DNA of 64,000 nt from Clostridia bacterium (GCA_017411745.1 JAFQPM010000002.1:79810-143809), one strand, 5' to 3'; shown: positions 27,423 to 37,417, counted from the stretch's first letter. The notes: generated by a model from the letters alone, not told the origin. Program-made: numbers and translations.

Positions 27423-29567
27423 TTAGTGATTATTCTCGTTGAACGCAAACCATCCGTCCTTTACATTGGAAGTGTTTTCTGCATTTTGAGTTAGTTCTCC
27501 CGACGGAGTGGGATAGGTCAGCTTTTGCACGGTTTCGGGTATTGCAAATCTGGATGATTTTCCATAATCTGTTTTTTTATATATCTCACTCATTATTTCA
27601 TCCCACAGATATATCGATGGGTTTCCTCCAAAGTCGTCAAGGGGCTTTGGGTATTCATAACCAAACCACACGCCCGCGAGCAGTTCGGGAGTGTAGCCGA
27701 CGAAATATCTGTCGCAGTTGTTTTGGGTAGTTCCTGTTTTTCCTGCAACTGCCGTTATTTTGTCAAGTGATATTATGCCTTGCGCTGTTCCAGAATCGAC
27801 TACCGTTTCGAGAAGCTTTGTCATAATGGCTGCAGTCTCTCTTGATAATACTGTATCTTGCGAAGAAGGATTGTCGAGAATAATCTGTCCATTTTCATCT
27901 GTGACCTTAAAATAAGATCGGGGCTTGCTCATTACGCCTTCCTGAAATATAGAATATGCCGATGTCAGCTCACGCAGACTTATTCCGCGAGAAGATTGAC
28001 CAAGCGCAAGCGATGCCGAGCCTATATCGGCAGAATCGTCAAGACTGCTTATCAGTAATTTATTTTTCAAAAACGACAAGGATTCCTCGTTCCCAATCAT
28101 ATCGAGTATCTTTACTGCCACCGTGTTTAACGAGTTTTGCACGGCGTACTGTACATCTACCTCGCCCACATAGGTCTTGTTGGCATTAAATGGCCATGGA
28201 GGTAGTGTCTCACTCCCTTCCTTTACGGGAGAATCCTCGAATATTGATGACCATTCTATCAATCCCCTTTCCAGTGCTATTGAATACACGGAAAGCGGTT
28301 TGATAGCCGATCCGGGCGGACGCTTGGTGTCTGTTGCGTAATTTTGCACTCTGTTGCCCTGCTTTTCGCCGATCGCGCCCGCTACACCGAGAATGTCCCC
28401 GGTGTATGGGTCTATAACAATAATAGATGATTGGGCAAGCTTTCCCTTGCTGTCTATCGGAAAATTGTAGATGTTGGAATAATATTCGTCAAGTGTTTCT
28501 TGTATTTCAGCGTCCATTGCGGTATATATCTTGAGCCCGCCGCGATAAAGCATCAACGATGCAGAACTGCGAGAAATATTATATTTTGCACACAGATCGC
28601 GCAAAACGTCCTCGATGACCATATCCACGTACCAGGAGTTTATATTTCCTTCCGATCCATTTTGCGAAAGATTAAGTGAGATTGGCTCTGCAACTGCGCG
28701 GTTATACTCGTCATCGGTTATTAATTCTGCTTCTAGCATACATTTCAGTATAAGATTGCGCCTTTGAACATTCTTTTCAGGATGTTTTTTTGGATTGTAT
28801 TTAGAAGGGTTATTTGTTATTGCCGCTATCGTGGCGCACTCCGAAAGAGTCAGCTCGGAGGGCTTTTTTGAATAAAAATACTCTGACGCTGCGCCAACCC
28901 CGTGACAGCCCTCTGAAAGATTTATAATATTCAGATACATTTCAAGAATTTCGGTCTTATCGTATTCCTTCTCAAGCTCGATTGCCGAAAAAGCCTCCGA
29001 AAGCTTTCTGCTTACGCTGAAATCGTCGTTCCCTGTCAGATTTTTTACCAACTGCTGTGTTATGGTTGATCCGCCAAAATTTCCGGAACCGAAAACGTAG
29101 TTAAATGCCGCCTTTGCGGTTCGTACGAAGTCTATCCCTTCGTGTTTATAAAATCGCTTGTCTTCTATTGCGATAAATGCGTTTATAAGATCATCGGGTA
29201 TTTCATTATAAGGCACGTATTTGTATTTTACCTCCCCGTTCAGCTCTGCGCTCTCGACAAGGACGGCTTCTCCAACTCTTCCGTTTCGATCGCTGAAATC
29301 ATAGCAGTAAAATTTCGTTTTTTCGGATCTGTGCGCTATCTCGATGAGCGACGGATCAACACGCGAATTTTTATATCGTCTAAGATAAACCGCCCCTGCG
29401 ATCACAACAAACGAAGACAGTACGGAAATAATTATTGTGGAAATAAGTGCGAACTTTACAAGCTTTTTCATAATACCGCATACCGCGCCTTTCAATTTGA
29501 TTTGTCTTCGGTTTATATTTTTCCCAATCATGTTGAATCTATCAAAAAGATACCGAAGAAACGGCAA
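27423..29567 (-). CDS. bifunctional class A penicillin-binding protein (GT51 glycosyltransferase / transpeptidase)
   Basis: GT51 motifs AIEDKRFYKHEGID and GGSTITQQLVKN. Transpeptidase motifs SAIKP and KTGTT. The true start may be an internal Met (M13 or M33 of the ORF). Confidence 0.9.
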   Translation of the reverse strand: MPFLRYLFDRFNMIGKNINRRQIKLKGAVCGIMKKLVKFALISTIIISVLSSFVVIAGAVYLRRYKNSRVDPSLIEIAHRSEKTKFYCYDFSDRNGRVGEAVLVESAELNGEVKYKYVPYNEIPDDLINAFIAIEDKRFYKHEGIDFVRTAKAAFNYVFGSGNFGGSTITQQLVKNLTGNDDFSVSRKLSEAFSAIELEKEYDKTEILEMYLNIINLSEGCHGVGAASEYFYSKKPSELTLSECATIAAITNNPSKYNPKKHPEKNVQRRNLILKCMLEAELITDDEYNRAVAEPISLNLSQNGSEGNINSWYVDMVIEDVLRDLCAKYNISRSSASLMLYRGGLKIYTAMDAEIQETLDEYYSNIYNFPIDSKGKLAQSSIIVIDPYTGDILGVAGAIGEKQGNRVQNYATDTKRPPGSAIKPLSVYSIALERGLIEWSSIFEDSPVKEGSETLPPWPFNANKTYVGEVDVQYAVQNSLNTVAVKILDMIGNEESLSFLKNKLLISSLDDSADIGSASLALGQSSRGISLRELTSAYSIFQEGVMSKPRSYFKVTDENGQIILDNPSSQDTVLSRETAAIMTKLLETVVDSGTAQGIISLDKITAVAGKTGTTQNNCDRYFVGYTPELLAGVWFGYEYPKPLDDFGGNPSIYLWDEIMSEIYKKTDYGKSSRFAIPETVQKLTYPTPSGELTQNAENTSNVKDGWFAFNENNH

Positions 29568-29621
29568 TGTAATATTTTAAAATCAAGAAAAGCCGAGGTT
29601 GTTTTGCTTGAAAATGGAAAA

Positions 29622-29653
29622 AATAGTTGACCTAAATTGATAGGTCAACTATT
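29622..29653 (-). terminator. intrinsic terminator overlapping the stop codon of the metallophosphoesterase gene
   Basis: 13-bp stem AATAGTTGACCTA/TAGGTCAACTATT followed by a U6 run on the minus strand. Confidence 0.8.
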
Positions 29654-30457
29654 TTGGTGTGTATCAATAGTGTTTTGATGTTTTTGAGAGTGAACATTTA
29701 TTTCAATCACTTCACAGGAATTGAAAAATCTTGGAATTGGCTTTGAATTGTTGACTGCACCGCGACTAATGATATGTCTGCCATCGTGTATTCCCGAGGT
29801 GTATTTTGGGAAAAGCCCCTGATGAGGAGCATATACTCCTCGTCCGAATATACGCCATTGACCGCCGTGGGCGTGTCCGGAAAGGACAAGGTCGACGTCT
29901 ACGTTCTTAAGATATTTTTCGTAATAATGCGGATAGTGGCAAAGCAGAATCTTGAATCCTTCATTTTTCGAGAAATCGGACAAGAATTGAAGATCGGGCT
30001 CTTTTTGATCTAGTGAGGGATCCATATCTCTGCCGCAGACAAGACCGCCGACTAGAACTTTATTTGTGACATCCAACGTTTCAGATGAATCGTTTATCAG
30101 GTGCACGCCGTAAGAACTAATAGTTTCAAGATACCTTTTAGAAAGCATGGGATCGGGTGTTTTCAGATTTCCCTTCTTTGCATGAGAATAATAGATCTCA
30201 TGATTGCCGTAGGTATAATAGCACGGCGCGATACGGGTAGCTTCTTTGAGAAAATTCAATCCGTTTTGATTACGCTGATCCATATGCTCGGCAGCGATTT
30301 CAACAATGTCGCCGGGAAGAAGTATGGCATCGGGTGCGATCGTTTTCAGTGCAGATATCACCTTGCCGTACGGTCTCGCGTGAAGATCCGATACGCAGGC
30401 AAGCTTGATATTTACTCCCATTTTGTCGGTTATGATGTCGTATTTTGATATTTTCAT
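29645..30457 (-). CDS. calcineurin-like metallophosphoesterase
   Basis: Motifs SDLHARP, PGDIVE, GNHE and GHAHGGQ. Confidence 0.85.
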   Translation of the reverse strand: MKISKYDIITDKMGVNIKLACVSDLHARPYGKVISALKTIAPDAILLPGDIVEIAAEHMDQRNQNGLNFLKEATRIAPCYYTYGNHEIYYSHAKKGNLKTPDPMLSKRYLETISSYGVHLINDSSETLDVTNKVLVGGLVCGRDMDPSLDQKEPDLQFLSDFSKNEGFKILLCHYPHYYEKYLKNVDVDLVLSGHAHGGQWRIFGRGVYAPHQGLFPKYTSGIHDGRHIISRGAVNNSKPIPRFFNSCEVIEINVHSQKHQNTIDTHQNS

Positions 30458-30516
30458 TAAAATGTTCCTTTTTTGAAAGTTCTGCTTTTACAGTATAACA
30501 TTCATCTTTAGATTTG

Positions 30517-32823
30517 TCAATCTTCAAGGCAAAATTTACAATGATCCGTCACTAATGAATAAGAAATGGATCTATTACTGATTTCGGTGTAATATGCTGC
30601 TCTTATTTCATCACTAAAAGCTATCAATGACGCTTTGTTGTCGGCTGGGATAGAATAATCCGTTTTGGTTTTGGGTCCCTTATTTCCGAAAATTATGTAA
30701 TCGGCATCCGCGAGTATACGATTGATCTCTTCTATATCATCTTTAGACGTTTCATTGAATGCGGGAGAGCAATATACAAGCCGATCCCTTGGGGTGTTAA
30801 TACTGATTAGTGATATTGCAGTTACAGAGCGATTGATCTTGTAGGAATGAAGTGTTATCTGTGTGTCCTCAAAGATGCAAAGAGTTTCCCCGTCGAGATA
30901 TACACGGACACCTACTCCGTATTTTTCGGCGTATTCTACTATTCGAACCATTTTATAGTAATCGTCTTCGTTTAAGGGATAAGGTATCCACAGTTCCTTT
31001 ACTTTCTGATTTGTGAATACATTATAAAGAGACGATACGTGTTTTCTTGTATATCTTGATAATATTATTGCTCGTATCTCTGTCGATCTTGCCTCGCTGA
31101 TTGCATCTAATATCGAGTAATAAGAGCTGTTACTGCCCGATCCAATGTCGCAGATAATGCTTTCTCCATTGTTTGATATCACAAGCATATCGGACGTTGA
31201 GGAGGCGTTTGCATAATACACGCTGACAGTATCTTTTTCGGAATAATTATAGATATACATAGCCCCAACAAATACAATTAGCGTGAGTGCAAACGGCATC
31301 AGTGAAGTAAACATATTCCTTGATTTTTTGATTATCGAATAAGCGAAAGCCGCACACAGAGCTATTGCCGCTATCGCCGCAAACGGATAATTCAAAGACA
31401 CGACTATGTTTTCCACTTCTGACATGTTGGCACAATATTTCGTCATAAAATGAGCGGAAAAAGAAAGTATTTTGGCTATGATAAAGGAAATAAGTGGAAT
31501 TTTGCTGAACAATAAAAATAAAAGTGAAAACAATATTATCAGATAGGCAGGTATTGCTAATACTACAGAAGAAAGAACCGATGCCAAGGACACCTTCTTG
31601 ATAAATATGAATAGAACGATCACCAATGGTATCAAAGCAAAAATACCTGCGATGAGTGCAGATACAACAGTTACAAGAGGTTTCAGAAGCTTGACCTTGG
31701 CTCCAATCTTGCCCGTCAAGGTTCCGATAATGTCATTGAAGAACGGAACGTAAATAAGTATACCCAACGTTGCTCCGAAGGACATCCAAAATCCAGCATC
31801 GAGAACCGAGCACGGAGAAATAACCATGATCAAAGCTCCCGCGAACGAAAGCGACGTCAATGAATCATTTTCCCTGCTTGATAATAAAGACAGATAAATC
31901 AACAACGCCATTATTACCGAACGTGCCGCAGATATCTTGATTCCCGTAAGGAAGAGATAAAATATTGAGCCTGCGATCAATATTACCGCAATAGCCTTCG
32001 TTGGAATGCGAAGCTTTTTGAGTAAAATCATCAGCACACCCATTATTATGCTGACGTGTAATCCGCTTAGCGCAAGCAGATGAGAAGCTCCCGCCCGAGA
32101 AAAATCTCTTTCCACTACATTACTAAGACGGGTTTTGTTTCCCAAAAGCATTGCTGCACATATTTCCGCCGTATTTTCGTCTAAATTTACTCTAAACACG
32201 CGAGACAAGCTGGTATTCCATTCTGACAATTTCACCAGTGGATGAAAATCGTCTTCGTCGGTTACCAGTACGGATGCCTCATTGTTGGAAGTATATTGAA
32301 TAAAAATTCCGTCGGAACGCATTGAGGATTTTGTGAAATCAGAATCGAAATCCGTGGCGCTCACATTTGCGATAATCAAAAATCCGGGTTCCAGCTCGGA
32401 TGCGTAAGTACAAGTCAAAACCGCCTTGTGATCGGTCTCCTTCCCATCTATTTTGCTGACGGTTACGTTGTATGTGGAATAATTTGCATCGTAACTTCGA
32501 CCTGACGTGACCAAAGCCTCAATAGTATGGGTTTCGTTGTAATATTCTTCTACAGATTCGGCATAAACATTAAAATATCGGTAGGAGGAAAACAGCGAAA
32601 GTGCCACCATTAATGATGACATAATAACGCATAGCGCGGTATATGCCCCGACCTTTTTGGAGGCAAACTTAAGAATCACAAAAGAAAATGCAATGATCAG
32701 AGCGAGCGTAATGATGACGAACTTAATTGCAGGCGATACAAAATAGCCGATGACCGCAAAGAGCAAATAGAGAATGCACGCTGTAAATAAAGGTCTTTTA
32801 TTGAAAATTGCTATGATGTTCAC
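30517..32823 (-). CDS. comEC: ComEC/Rec2 family DNA internalisation channel protein
   Basis: Polytopic. The competence-domain motif LLALSGLHVSIIMG is present. The C-terminal roughly 250 aa soluble domain occupies the position of the metallo-beta-lactamase domain. The start is uncertain: it is a GTG with a poorly spaced RBS. Confidence 0.85.
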   Translation of the reverse strand: MNIIAIFNKRPLFTACILYLLFAVIGYFVSPAIKFVIITLALIIAFSFVILKFASKKVGAYTALCVIMSSLMVALSLFSSYRYFNVYAESVEEYYNETHTIEALVTSGRSYDANYSTYNVTVSKIDGKETDHKAVLTCTYASELEPGFLIIANVSATDFDSDFTKSSMRSDGIFIQYTSNNEASVLVTDEDDFHPLVKLSEWNTSLSRVFRVNLDENTAEICAAMLLGNKTRLSNVVERDFSRAGASHLLALSGLHVSIIMGVLMILLKKLRIPTKAIAVILIAGSIFYLFLTGIKISAARSVIMALLIYLSLLSSRENDSLTSLSFAGALIMVISPCSVLDAGFWMSFGATLGILIYVPFFNDIIGTLTGKIGAKVKLLKPLVTVVSALIAGIFALIPLVIVLFIFIKKVSLASVLSSVVLAIPAYLIILFSLLFLLFSKIPLISFIIAKILSFSAHFMTKYCANMSEVENIVVSLNYPFAAIAAIALCAAFAYSIIKKSRNMFTSLMPFALTLIVFVGAMYIYNYSEKDTVSVYYANASSTSDMLVISNNGESIICDIGSGSNSSYYSILDAISEARSTEIRAIILSRYTRKHVSSLYNVFTNQKVKELWIPYPLNEDDYYKMVRIVEYAEKYGVGVRVYLDGETLCIFEDTQITLHSYKINRSVTAISLISINTPRDRLVYCSPAFNETSKDDIEEINRILADADYIIFGNKGPKTKTDYSIPADNKASLIAFSDEIRAAYYTEISNRSISYSLVTDHCKFCLED

Positions 32824-32944
32824 CCCCTAACTTTACGATCGGAAAACTTTTTTTGAAATAATACTTGACAAAACGGAAAAAAATATATATAATAAGTTGT
32901 CGTTAATGTTGTCGCAGATGCGCGACGGAAAGGAAAGATATATT

Positions 32945-33169
32945 ATGTTTGAAACGCTTAAGCAGTTACTTATCGACGAGCTTCAGGTCAAGGAGGAACT
33001 CATCACACTTGACGCAGAGCTTGCATCCGACCTTGGAATCAATTCTATCGAGCTTGCAGACCTCGTTATGATCTGTGAGGAAAAATTTGATCTTACTATC
33101 GAAGACGAAGATCTTCACGGTTTCATCACCGTAGGCGACGTTGTAAACTATCTTGAGTCGCGCGATTGA
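32945..33169 (+). CDS. acyl carrier protein-like (phosphopantetheine-binding), orphan
   Basis: 74 aa acidic helical protein with the attachment-site motif DLGINSIELADLV. GGAAAGGAAAG RBS. The ORF track start at 32897 is probably an upstream extension. Confidence 0.7.
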   Translation: MFETLKQLLIDELQVKEELITLDAELASDLGINSIELADLVMICEEKFDLTIEDEDLHGFITVGDVVNYLESRD

Positions 33170-33190
33170 TATATCCTCGCTAATAATTTT

Positions 33191-33221
33191 ATCCGCATCT
33201 TTGTCGATGCGGATTTTTTTA
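33191..33221 (+). terminator. intrinsic terminator after the ACP-like gene
   Basis: ATCCGCATC-TTTGTC-GATGCGGAT followed by a T7 run. Confidence 0.88.
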
Positions 33222-33267
33222 TGCAATGAGCTTCAGTTGATGAACGCTGTCGTATTGCCGAAGCTCA

Positions 33268-34134
33268 TTATTTGTGGGGATAACACAAATGTGCATCAAC
33301 TCCCTGCCTTCTCAAAGCTTCGACAGATGCTGCGGCGGCAGTCTCGGAGTCGAATATTCCAAATACTGACGTTCCGCTGCCACTCATCATAGCACCTGCG
33401 GCTTCGCAAGATTTCATAATTTCCTTGATGAGCGTTACGTTAGTTCTTTTGGGTTCAACAACGTCCTCAAAGACGTTGAATAAGCTTTCGCAATATTTCG
33501 TCGCAGAGATGGTCTCGTCGGCTGACGTTAATCTTTCGAGCAGATCCTTGCGCGGAATATAGCCGACAAAGTCGCTGTGCTTTTCGTCAAGCGCGCGATA
33601 AGCGGCGGGGGTTGACATTCCCTCGCCCTTTTTTGCGACTACTATCGGTAAATACGGCATTGGCTTTGTCGCGGTGAGAATATCTCCGATGCCCTCGACA
33701 AGACAAGCCCCTCCCGTAATGCAAAACGGTACGTCTGCGCCAAGCTTCGCCCCGAGAGCACAGAGCTCCGAGGTGGAAAGCTTGTTTTCGCATATTTCAT
33801 TCAGTGCAACGAGTACAGCTGCAGCATCTGCGCTTCCGCCCGCAAGACCTGCGGACGAGGGGATGTTTTTCTCTATATCTATCGTTATTTTGGCGGTTAT
33901 GGGGTAAATATTTGCCGCCTTATACGCGAGATTTTTTTCGTCGCAAGGAATAGTCTTATCGCTACAGGAGATCTCAATGCTCTTTGTGTCGGAGGGCTCT
34001 GCCGACACCTCCAGTGTGTCCTTGAGGCTTATACGCTGCATAAAACTTAAAATATTATGATATCCGTCATCTCTGCGCGATTCAATATCAAGAAACAGAT
34101 TTATTTTTGCATACGCGAATGCGGTTACTGTCAT
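33268..34134 (-). CDS. ispE: 4-diphosphocytidyl-2-C-methyl-D-erythritol kinase (MEP pathway)
   Basis: AKINLFLDI at the N-terminus and the GHMP kinase motif PSSAGLAGGSADAAAVL. The start is taken at the ATG at 34134, after a GGGGGA RBS; the ORF track starts it at 34167. Confidence 0.9.
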   Translation of the reverse strand: MTVTAFAYAKINLFLDIESRRDDGYHNILSFMQRISLKDTLEVSAEPSDTKSIEISCSDKTIPCDEKNLAYKAANIYPITAKITIDIEKNIPSSAGLAGGSADAAAVLVALNEICENKLSTSELCALGAKLGADVPFCITGGACLVEGIGDILTATKPMPYLPIVVAKKGEGMSTPAAYRALDEKHSDFVGYIPRKDLLERLTSADETISATKYCESLFNVFEDVVEPKRTNVTLIKEIMKSCEAAGAMMSGSGTSVFGIFDSETAAAASVEALRRQGVDAHLCYPHK

Positions 34135-34254
34135 TTGTATCCCCCAAAATAAGACTTTATTCTGCAAACTACGTCAATTATACAACTTATATGTTATAAT
34201 TTTATGAATATTTTAATATTTTTTTAAAATTGGCCCACTTGCCGCTGTCTGCTC

Positions 34255-34283
34255 TTGACTTGACGAAAAAAAAGGTATATAAT
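34255..34283 (+). promoter_or_regulatory. sigma-70-type promoter for htpG (TTGACT-17-TATAAT)
   Basis: TTGACT at 34255-34260, a 17-nt spacer and TATAAT at 34278-34283. Confidence 0.6.
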
Positions 34284-34322
34284 ATAATTATCTATAAGCA
34301 AAATATCAAATGAGGACGTATT

Positions 34323-36167
34323 ATGGACGAAAACAAGATAAAAAAAGGCGGTATATCGGTTGAGACCGCTCATATATTCCCTATCATCAAAAAATGGCTC
34401 TATTCCGAGAAGGATATATTCCTGCGCGAGATAGTTTCCAATGCGACTGACGCTGTTACGAAGCTTTGTCGTCTTGCCTCTTTGGGTCAGTATGACTCGG
34501 GAGATGAAAAGTATTCGGTAAAGGTCGTTCTTGATAAGGAAGCAAAAACTCTTACCGTATCTGATAACGGAATCGGTATGACCGAGGAGGAGCTTGAAAA
34601 ATACATTTGCTCTATCGCACTTTCGGGAGCGCTCGATTTTATCCAAAAATATGATGAGAACAACCAGAATAACGGCATTATCGGTCACTTCGGCCTCGGC
34701 TTTTATTCATCATTTATGGTTTCGGATACAGTTGAGCTTATTACCAAGTCCTTCAACGGAGACAAGGCTCTGCATTGGGTCTGCAACGGCGCGGGCGAGT
34801 ATGAGATAGACTCCGCCGAGAGAGAGAGTCACGGTACAGACGTAATTATGCATATCTCCGACGAGGGATCTGCTTATCTTGATGAAAATAAGATAAAAGA
34901 GATACTCGAAAAGTACTGCTCTTTTATGTCGGTTGATATATACTTTGAGATGGCTGACGATGAGACCGACGATTCCGGGGAAGCCCCCAAGCCTATCAAC
35001 GAGACCTCTCCCCTTTGGCTCAAGAACGCCTCGGAATGTACCGAGGAGGAATACTCGGAATTTTATAAAAAGGTATTCCACGATTACAGAGAGCCGCTTT
35101 TCCATATACATATAAACGCGGATTACCCGCTTAATTTCAAGGGAGTTCTCTATTTTCCCACAAGGATCAACGAATACGAATCCTACGAAGGACAGGTAAA
35201 GTTGTTTTACAACCAAGTATTCGTTGCAGATGATATCAAGGAGGTCATTCCCGACTTTTTGCTTATGCTCAAGGGTGTGCTTGATTGTCCGGAGCTTCCC
35301 CTGAACGTTTCGAGAAGCTACCTTCAGGATAACGCGTATATACGAAAGGTCTCTGCTCATATAGTGAAAAAAGTCGCGGACAAGATATGCTCGCTGTGCA
35401 ATATTGACCGAGAAAAATACGAGAGAATATGGAAGGATCTTAAAATATTCTTCGAATATGCCTCCTTGCGTGACAAAAAGTTCTACGATAGAGTGAAATC
35501 CGCTTACCTGCTTGAGTTGACCGATGGTACATATATGACCGTTGATGAATACCTTAAGGATTGTGAGGAAAAGCACAAGGGTAAGATCTATTACACCAAC
35601 GATAAGGCTTTGCAGGCTCAGTATATCTCTATGTTTGAGTCTGAGGGTGCAAAAATCGCAGTTTTAGAGCATCAGCTTGATGTGCAGTTTATCTCTATGT
35701 GTGAGATGAACGACAGCGAGACAAAATACGCACGAATCGACTCTGACGTTGTGGATATGCTGAAGAGTGACGGGGATTCCGTGGATAACGAGGCGCTGAT
35801 AACGCTTTTCAAGGACTCTGTCGGAAACGATAAGCTTGAAGTGAAGCTTGAAGCGCTTAAGGACGAGAGCGTCCCTGCCTTGATCACTCTTTCTGAGGAA
35901 TCGCGTCGTATGGAAGAAATGATGAAGATGTATGCGAGCATGGGTATGAATATGGGTGCAGATCTCCCCGTTGACTACACTCTTGTCCTCAACTCCAATT
36001 CGCCTCTTATGGCGAAGCTTGAGACGGTAAATCAGGCCGATTCGGAGAAAGCAAAGCTTATGGCGCTTGAGATATACCGATTGGCGCTTATGTCTCAGAA
36101 ACGTATGTCTGCGGACGAGCTTAAGGCGTTCCTTGCCGATAGCTTTAAGCTTTTGGGTATGCTGTAA
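34323..36167 (+). CDS. htpG: molecular chaperone HtpG (Hsp90)
   Basis: 614 aa. GHKL motifs FLREIVSNATDA and IGHFGLGFYSSFMV. Typical Hsp90 middle and C-terminal domains. Confidence 0.93.
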   Translation: MDENKIKKGGISVETAHIFPIIKKWLYSEKDIFLREIVSNATDAVTKLCRLASLGQYDSGDEKYSVKVVLDKEAKTLTVSDNGIGMTEEELEKYICSIALSGALDFIQKYDENNQNNGIIGHFGLGFYSSFMVSDTVELITKSFNGDKALHWVCNGAGEYEIDSAERESHGTDVIMHISDEGSAYLDENKIKEILEKYCSFMSVDIYFEMADDETDDSGEAPKPINETSPLWLKNASECTEEEYSEFYKKVFHDYREPLFHIHINADYPLNFKGVLYFPTRINEYESYEGQVKLFYNQVFVADDIKEVIPDFLLMLKGVLDCPELPLNVSRSYLQDNAYIRKVSAHIVKKVADKICSLCNIDREKYERIWKDLKIFFEYASLRDKKFYDRVKSAYLLELTDGTYMTVDEYLKDCEEKHKGKIYYTNDKALQAQYISMFESEGAKIAVLEHQLDVQFISMCEMNDSETKYARIDSDVVDMLKSDGDSVDNEALITLFKDSVGNDKLEVKLEALKDESVPALITLSEESRRMEEMMKMYASMGMNMGADLPVDYTLVLNSNSPLMAKLETVNQADSEKAKLMALEIYRLALMSQKRMSADELKAFLADSFKLLGML

Positions 36168-37135
36168 TGGGACTTATATATTCAAATATCCCCGAGCTTG
36201 AGGGCAGTAATACGGAGATAGTGCTCTCTAACTTATTCGAGCTTGAAGGTGATATAGAAACCGTAGTCGAAAAGCGTTTGGCGCATCTGTCCGAGCTTGC
36301 GGATGCTATATTGCGAGACGGAGGCGATCCCGATATTGTAAAAAGCATTTTGCTTTCAATAAAGTCCGAGGGCAACGCGGATTCAGGCAACGTCGTTGAG
36401 GAAAACCGAACTGCCGCCGATGCCGTGTTTTCAAGAATGTCTCTTGTAGAGAGATTGACCTTATTCAAGGAAGTTCTCGGCTCGGGAGGCGTCAACAAGA
36501 AAAACATTGTAAAGTACATTTCTCCCGAAACTGACGTTCCTATTTCGGAGGATGCTGCAGAACGCATAGCATATCTTAAAAATTCATATAACGACGTTGC
36601 TTACATGCAGTTCTCTTCTTTGTTTTCATCGCCTCGAGCAGCTTATTTTACAAGCATCAGCGACGTGTGCGAAAGCGTATATAACGGTAGTTGTGAGTAT
36701 TGTATTCTTCCTGTCGAGACGTCGTCGGACGGAAAACTTCTGTCATTCTATGAGATGATATTAAAATACAATCTCAAGATCACCGCCGTATACGATCTGC
36801 GTGGCGAAGAAGGATATACGAGATATGCTCTGATAGGCAAGCGATCAGCGCTCCACAGCCCATCTGTGCGCTCCAAGGCGAGAAATAGGTATTTTGAATT
36901 TATTATGGTCGAGACCGATTCGGTGTCGCTTGAGGATCTGCTCTGTGCCGCCAATTTCTGCTCGCTCAAGCTTTGCAGAATTGATACGCTGAACGCTCAC
37001 TCGTCCGCCAAAGGCTCGGGTGCTTACGTCTGTCCCGTATTCCGCGCGGACGGAGCTGATCTTCAAACGTTCTTTATGTTTCTCGCGATCGACTGCCCCG
37101 ACTATATTCCCGTCGGGTTATATATGCAAATATAA
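36167..37135 (+). CDS. prephenate dehydratase/ACT-like protein with N-terminal extension (atypical, shortened)
   Basis: Residues from about 133 onward (ERIAYLKNSYNDVAY...CILPVETSSDGKLLSFYEMI...TRYALIGKR...) resemble the PDT N-lobe and TRF motif, followed by an ACT-like tail. The ATG overlaps the htpG stop (TAATG). Confidence 0.5.
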   Translation: MGLIYSNIPELEGSNTEIVLSNLFELEGDIETVVEKRLAHLSELADAILRDGGDPDIVKSILLSIKSEGNADSGNVVEENRTAADAVFSRMSLVERLTLFKEVLGSGGVNKKNIVKYISPETDVPISEDAAERIAYLKNSYNDVAYMQFSSLFSSPRAAYFTSISDVCESVYNGSCEYCILPVETSSDGKLLSFYEMILKYNLKITAVYDLRGEEGYTRYALIGKRSALHSPSVRSKARNRYFEFIMVETDSVSLEDLLCAANFCSLKLCRIDTLNAHSSAKGSGAYVCPVFRADGADLQTFFMFLAIDCPDYIPVGLYMQI

Positions 37136-37165
37136 TTGAATAACATAGAAAGGAAGTACAAATTT

Positions 37166-37417
37166 ATGAAACACTACACTTACAAGCCCCACGGAGTTTG
37201 CTCCCGACAGATCGACATCGATCTGGAAGACGGTATCATTAAAAACGTAGCGTTCACGGGCGGTTGCTCGGGAAATACTCAGGGAGTATGCGCTCTTATT
37301 AAGGGAATGTCCGTAGACGACGCCATTGAGCGTCTTCGTGGCATCCACTGCGGTCCGAGACCTACCTCCTGTCCCGATCAGCTCTCTATCGCTCTTGAGC
37401 AGGCAAAAGAAGCGTAA
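37166..37417 (+). CDS. TSCPD-domain small protein (TIGR03905-like)
   Basis: 83 aa containing GGCSGNTQG...GIHCGPRPTSCPDQL. GAAAGGAAG RBS. The ORF track start at 37136 is probably an extension. Confidence 0.7.
   Translation: MKHYTYKPHGVCSRQIDIDLEDGIIKNVAFTGGCSGNTQGVCALIKGMSVDDAIERLRGIHCGPRPTSCPDQLSIALEQAKEA

Noticed and set aside
34168-34322. Looked for CIRCE (TTAGCACTC-N9-GAGTGCTAA) or CtsR heat-shock operators upstream of htpG
   Set aside because: No CIRCE-like inverted repeat is present. The only repeat is the tandem TTGAC-TTGAC at the -35, which lacks the GGTCAAA-N3-GGTCAAA spacing of CtsR boxes.
34710-35576. 288-aa ORF antisense to htpG, plus similar cases at 56913-57818, 60199-61008, 53717-54460, 11576-12280, 19985-20539 and 4346-4984
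   Set aside because: All are in codon register with a well-supported sense gene. The explanation is the same codon-bias one.
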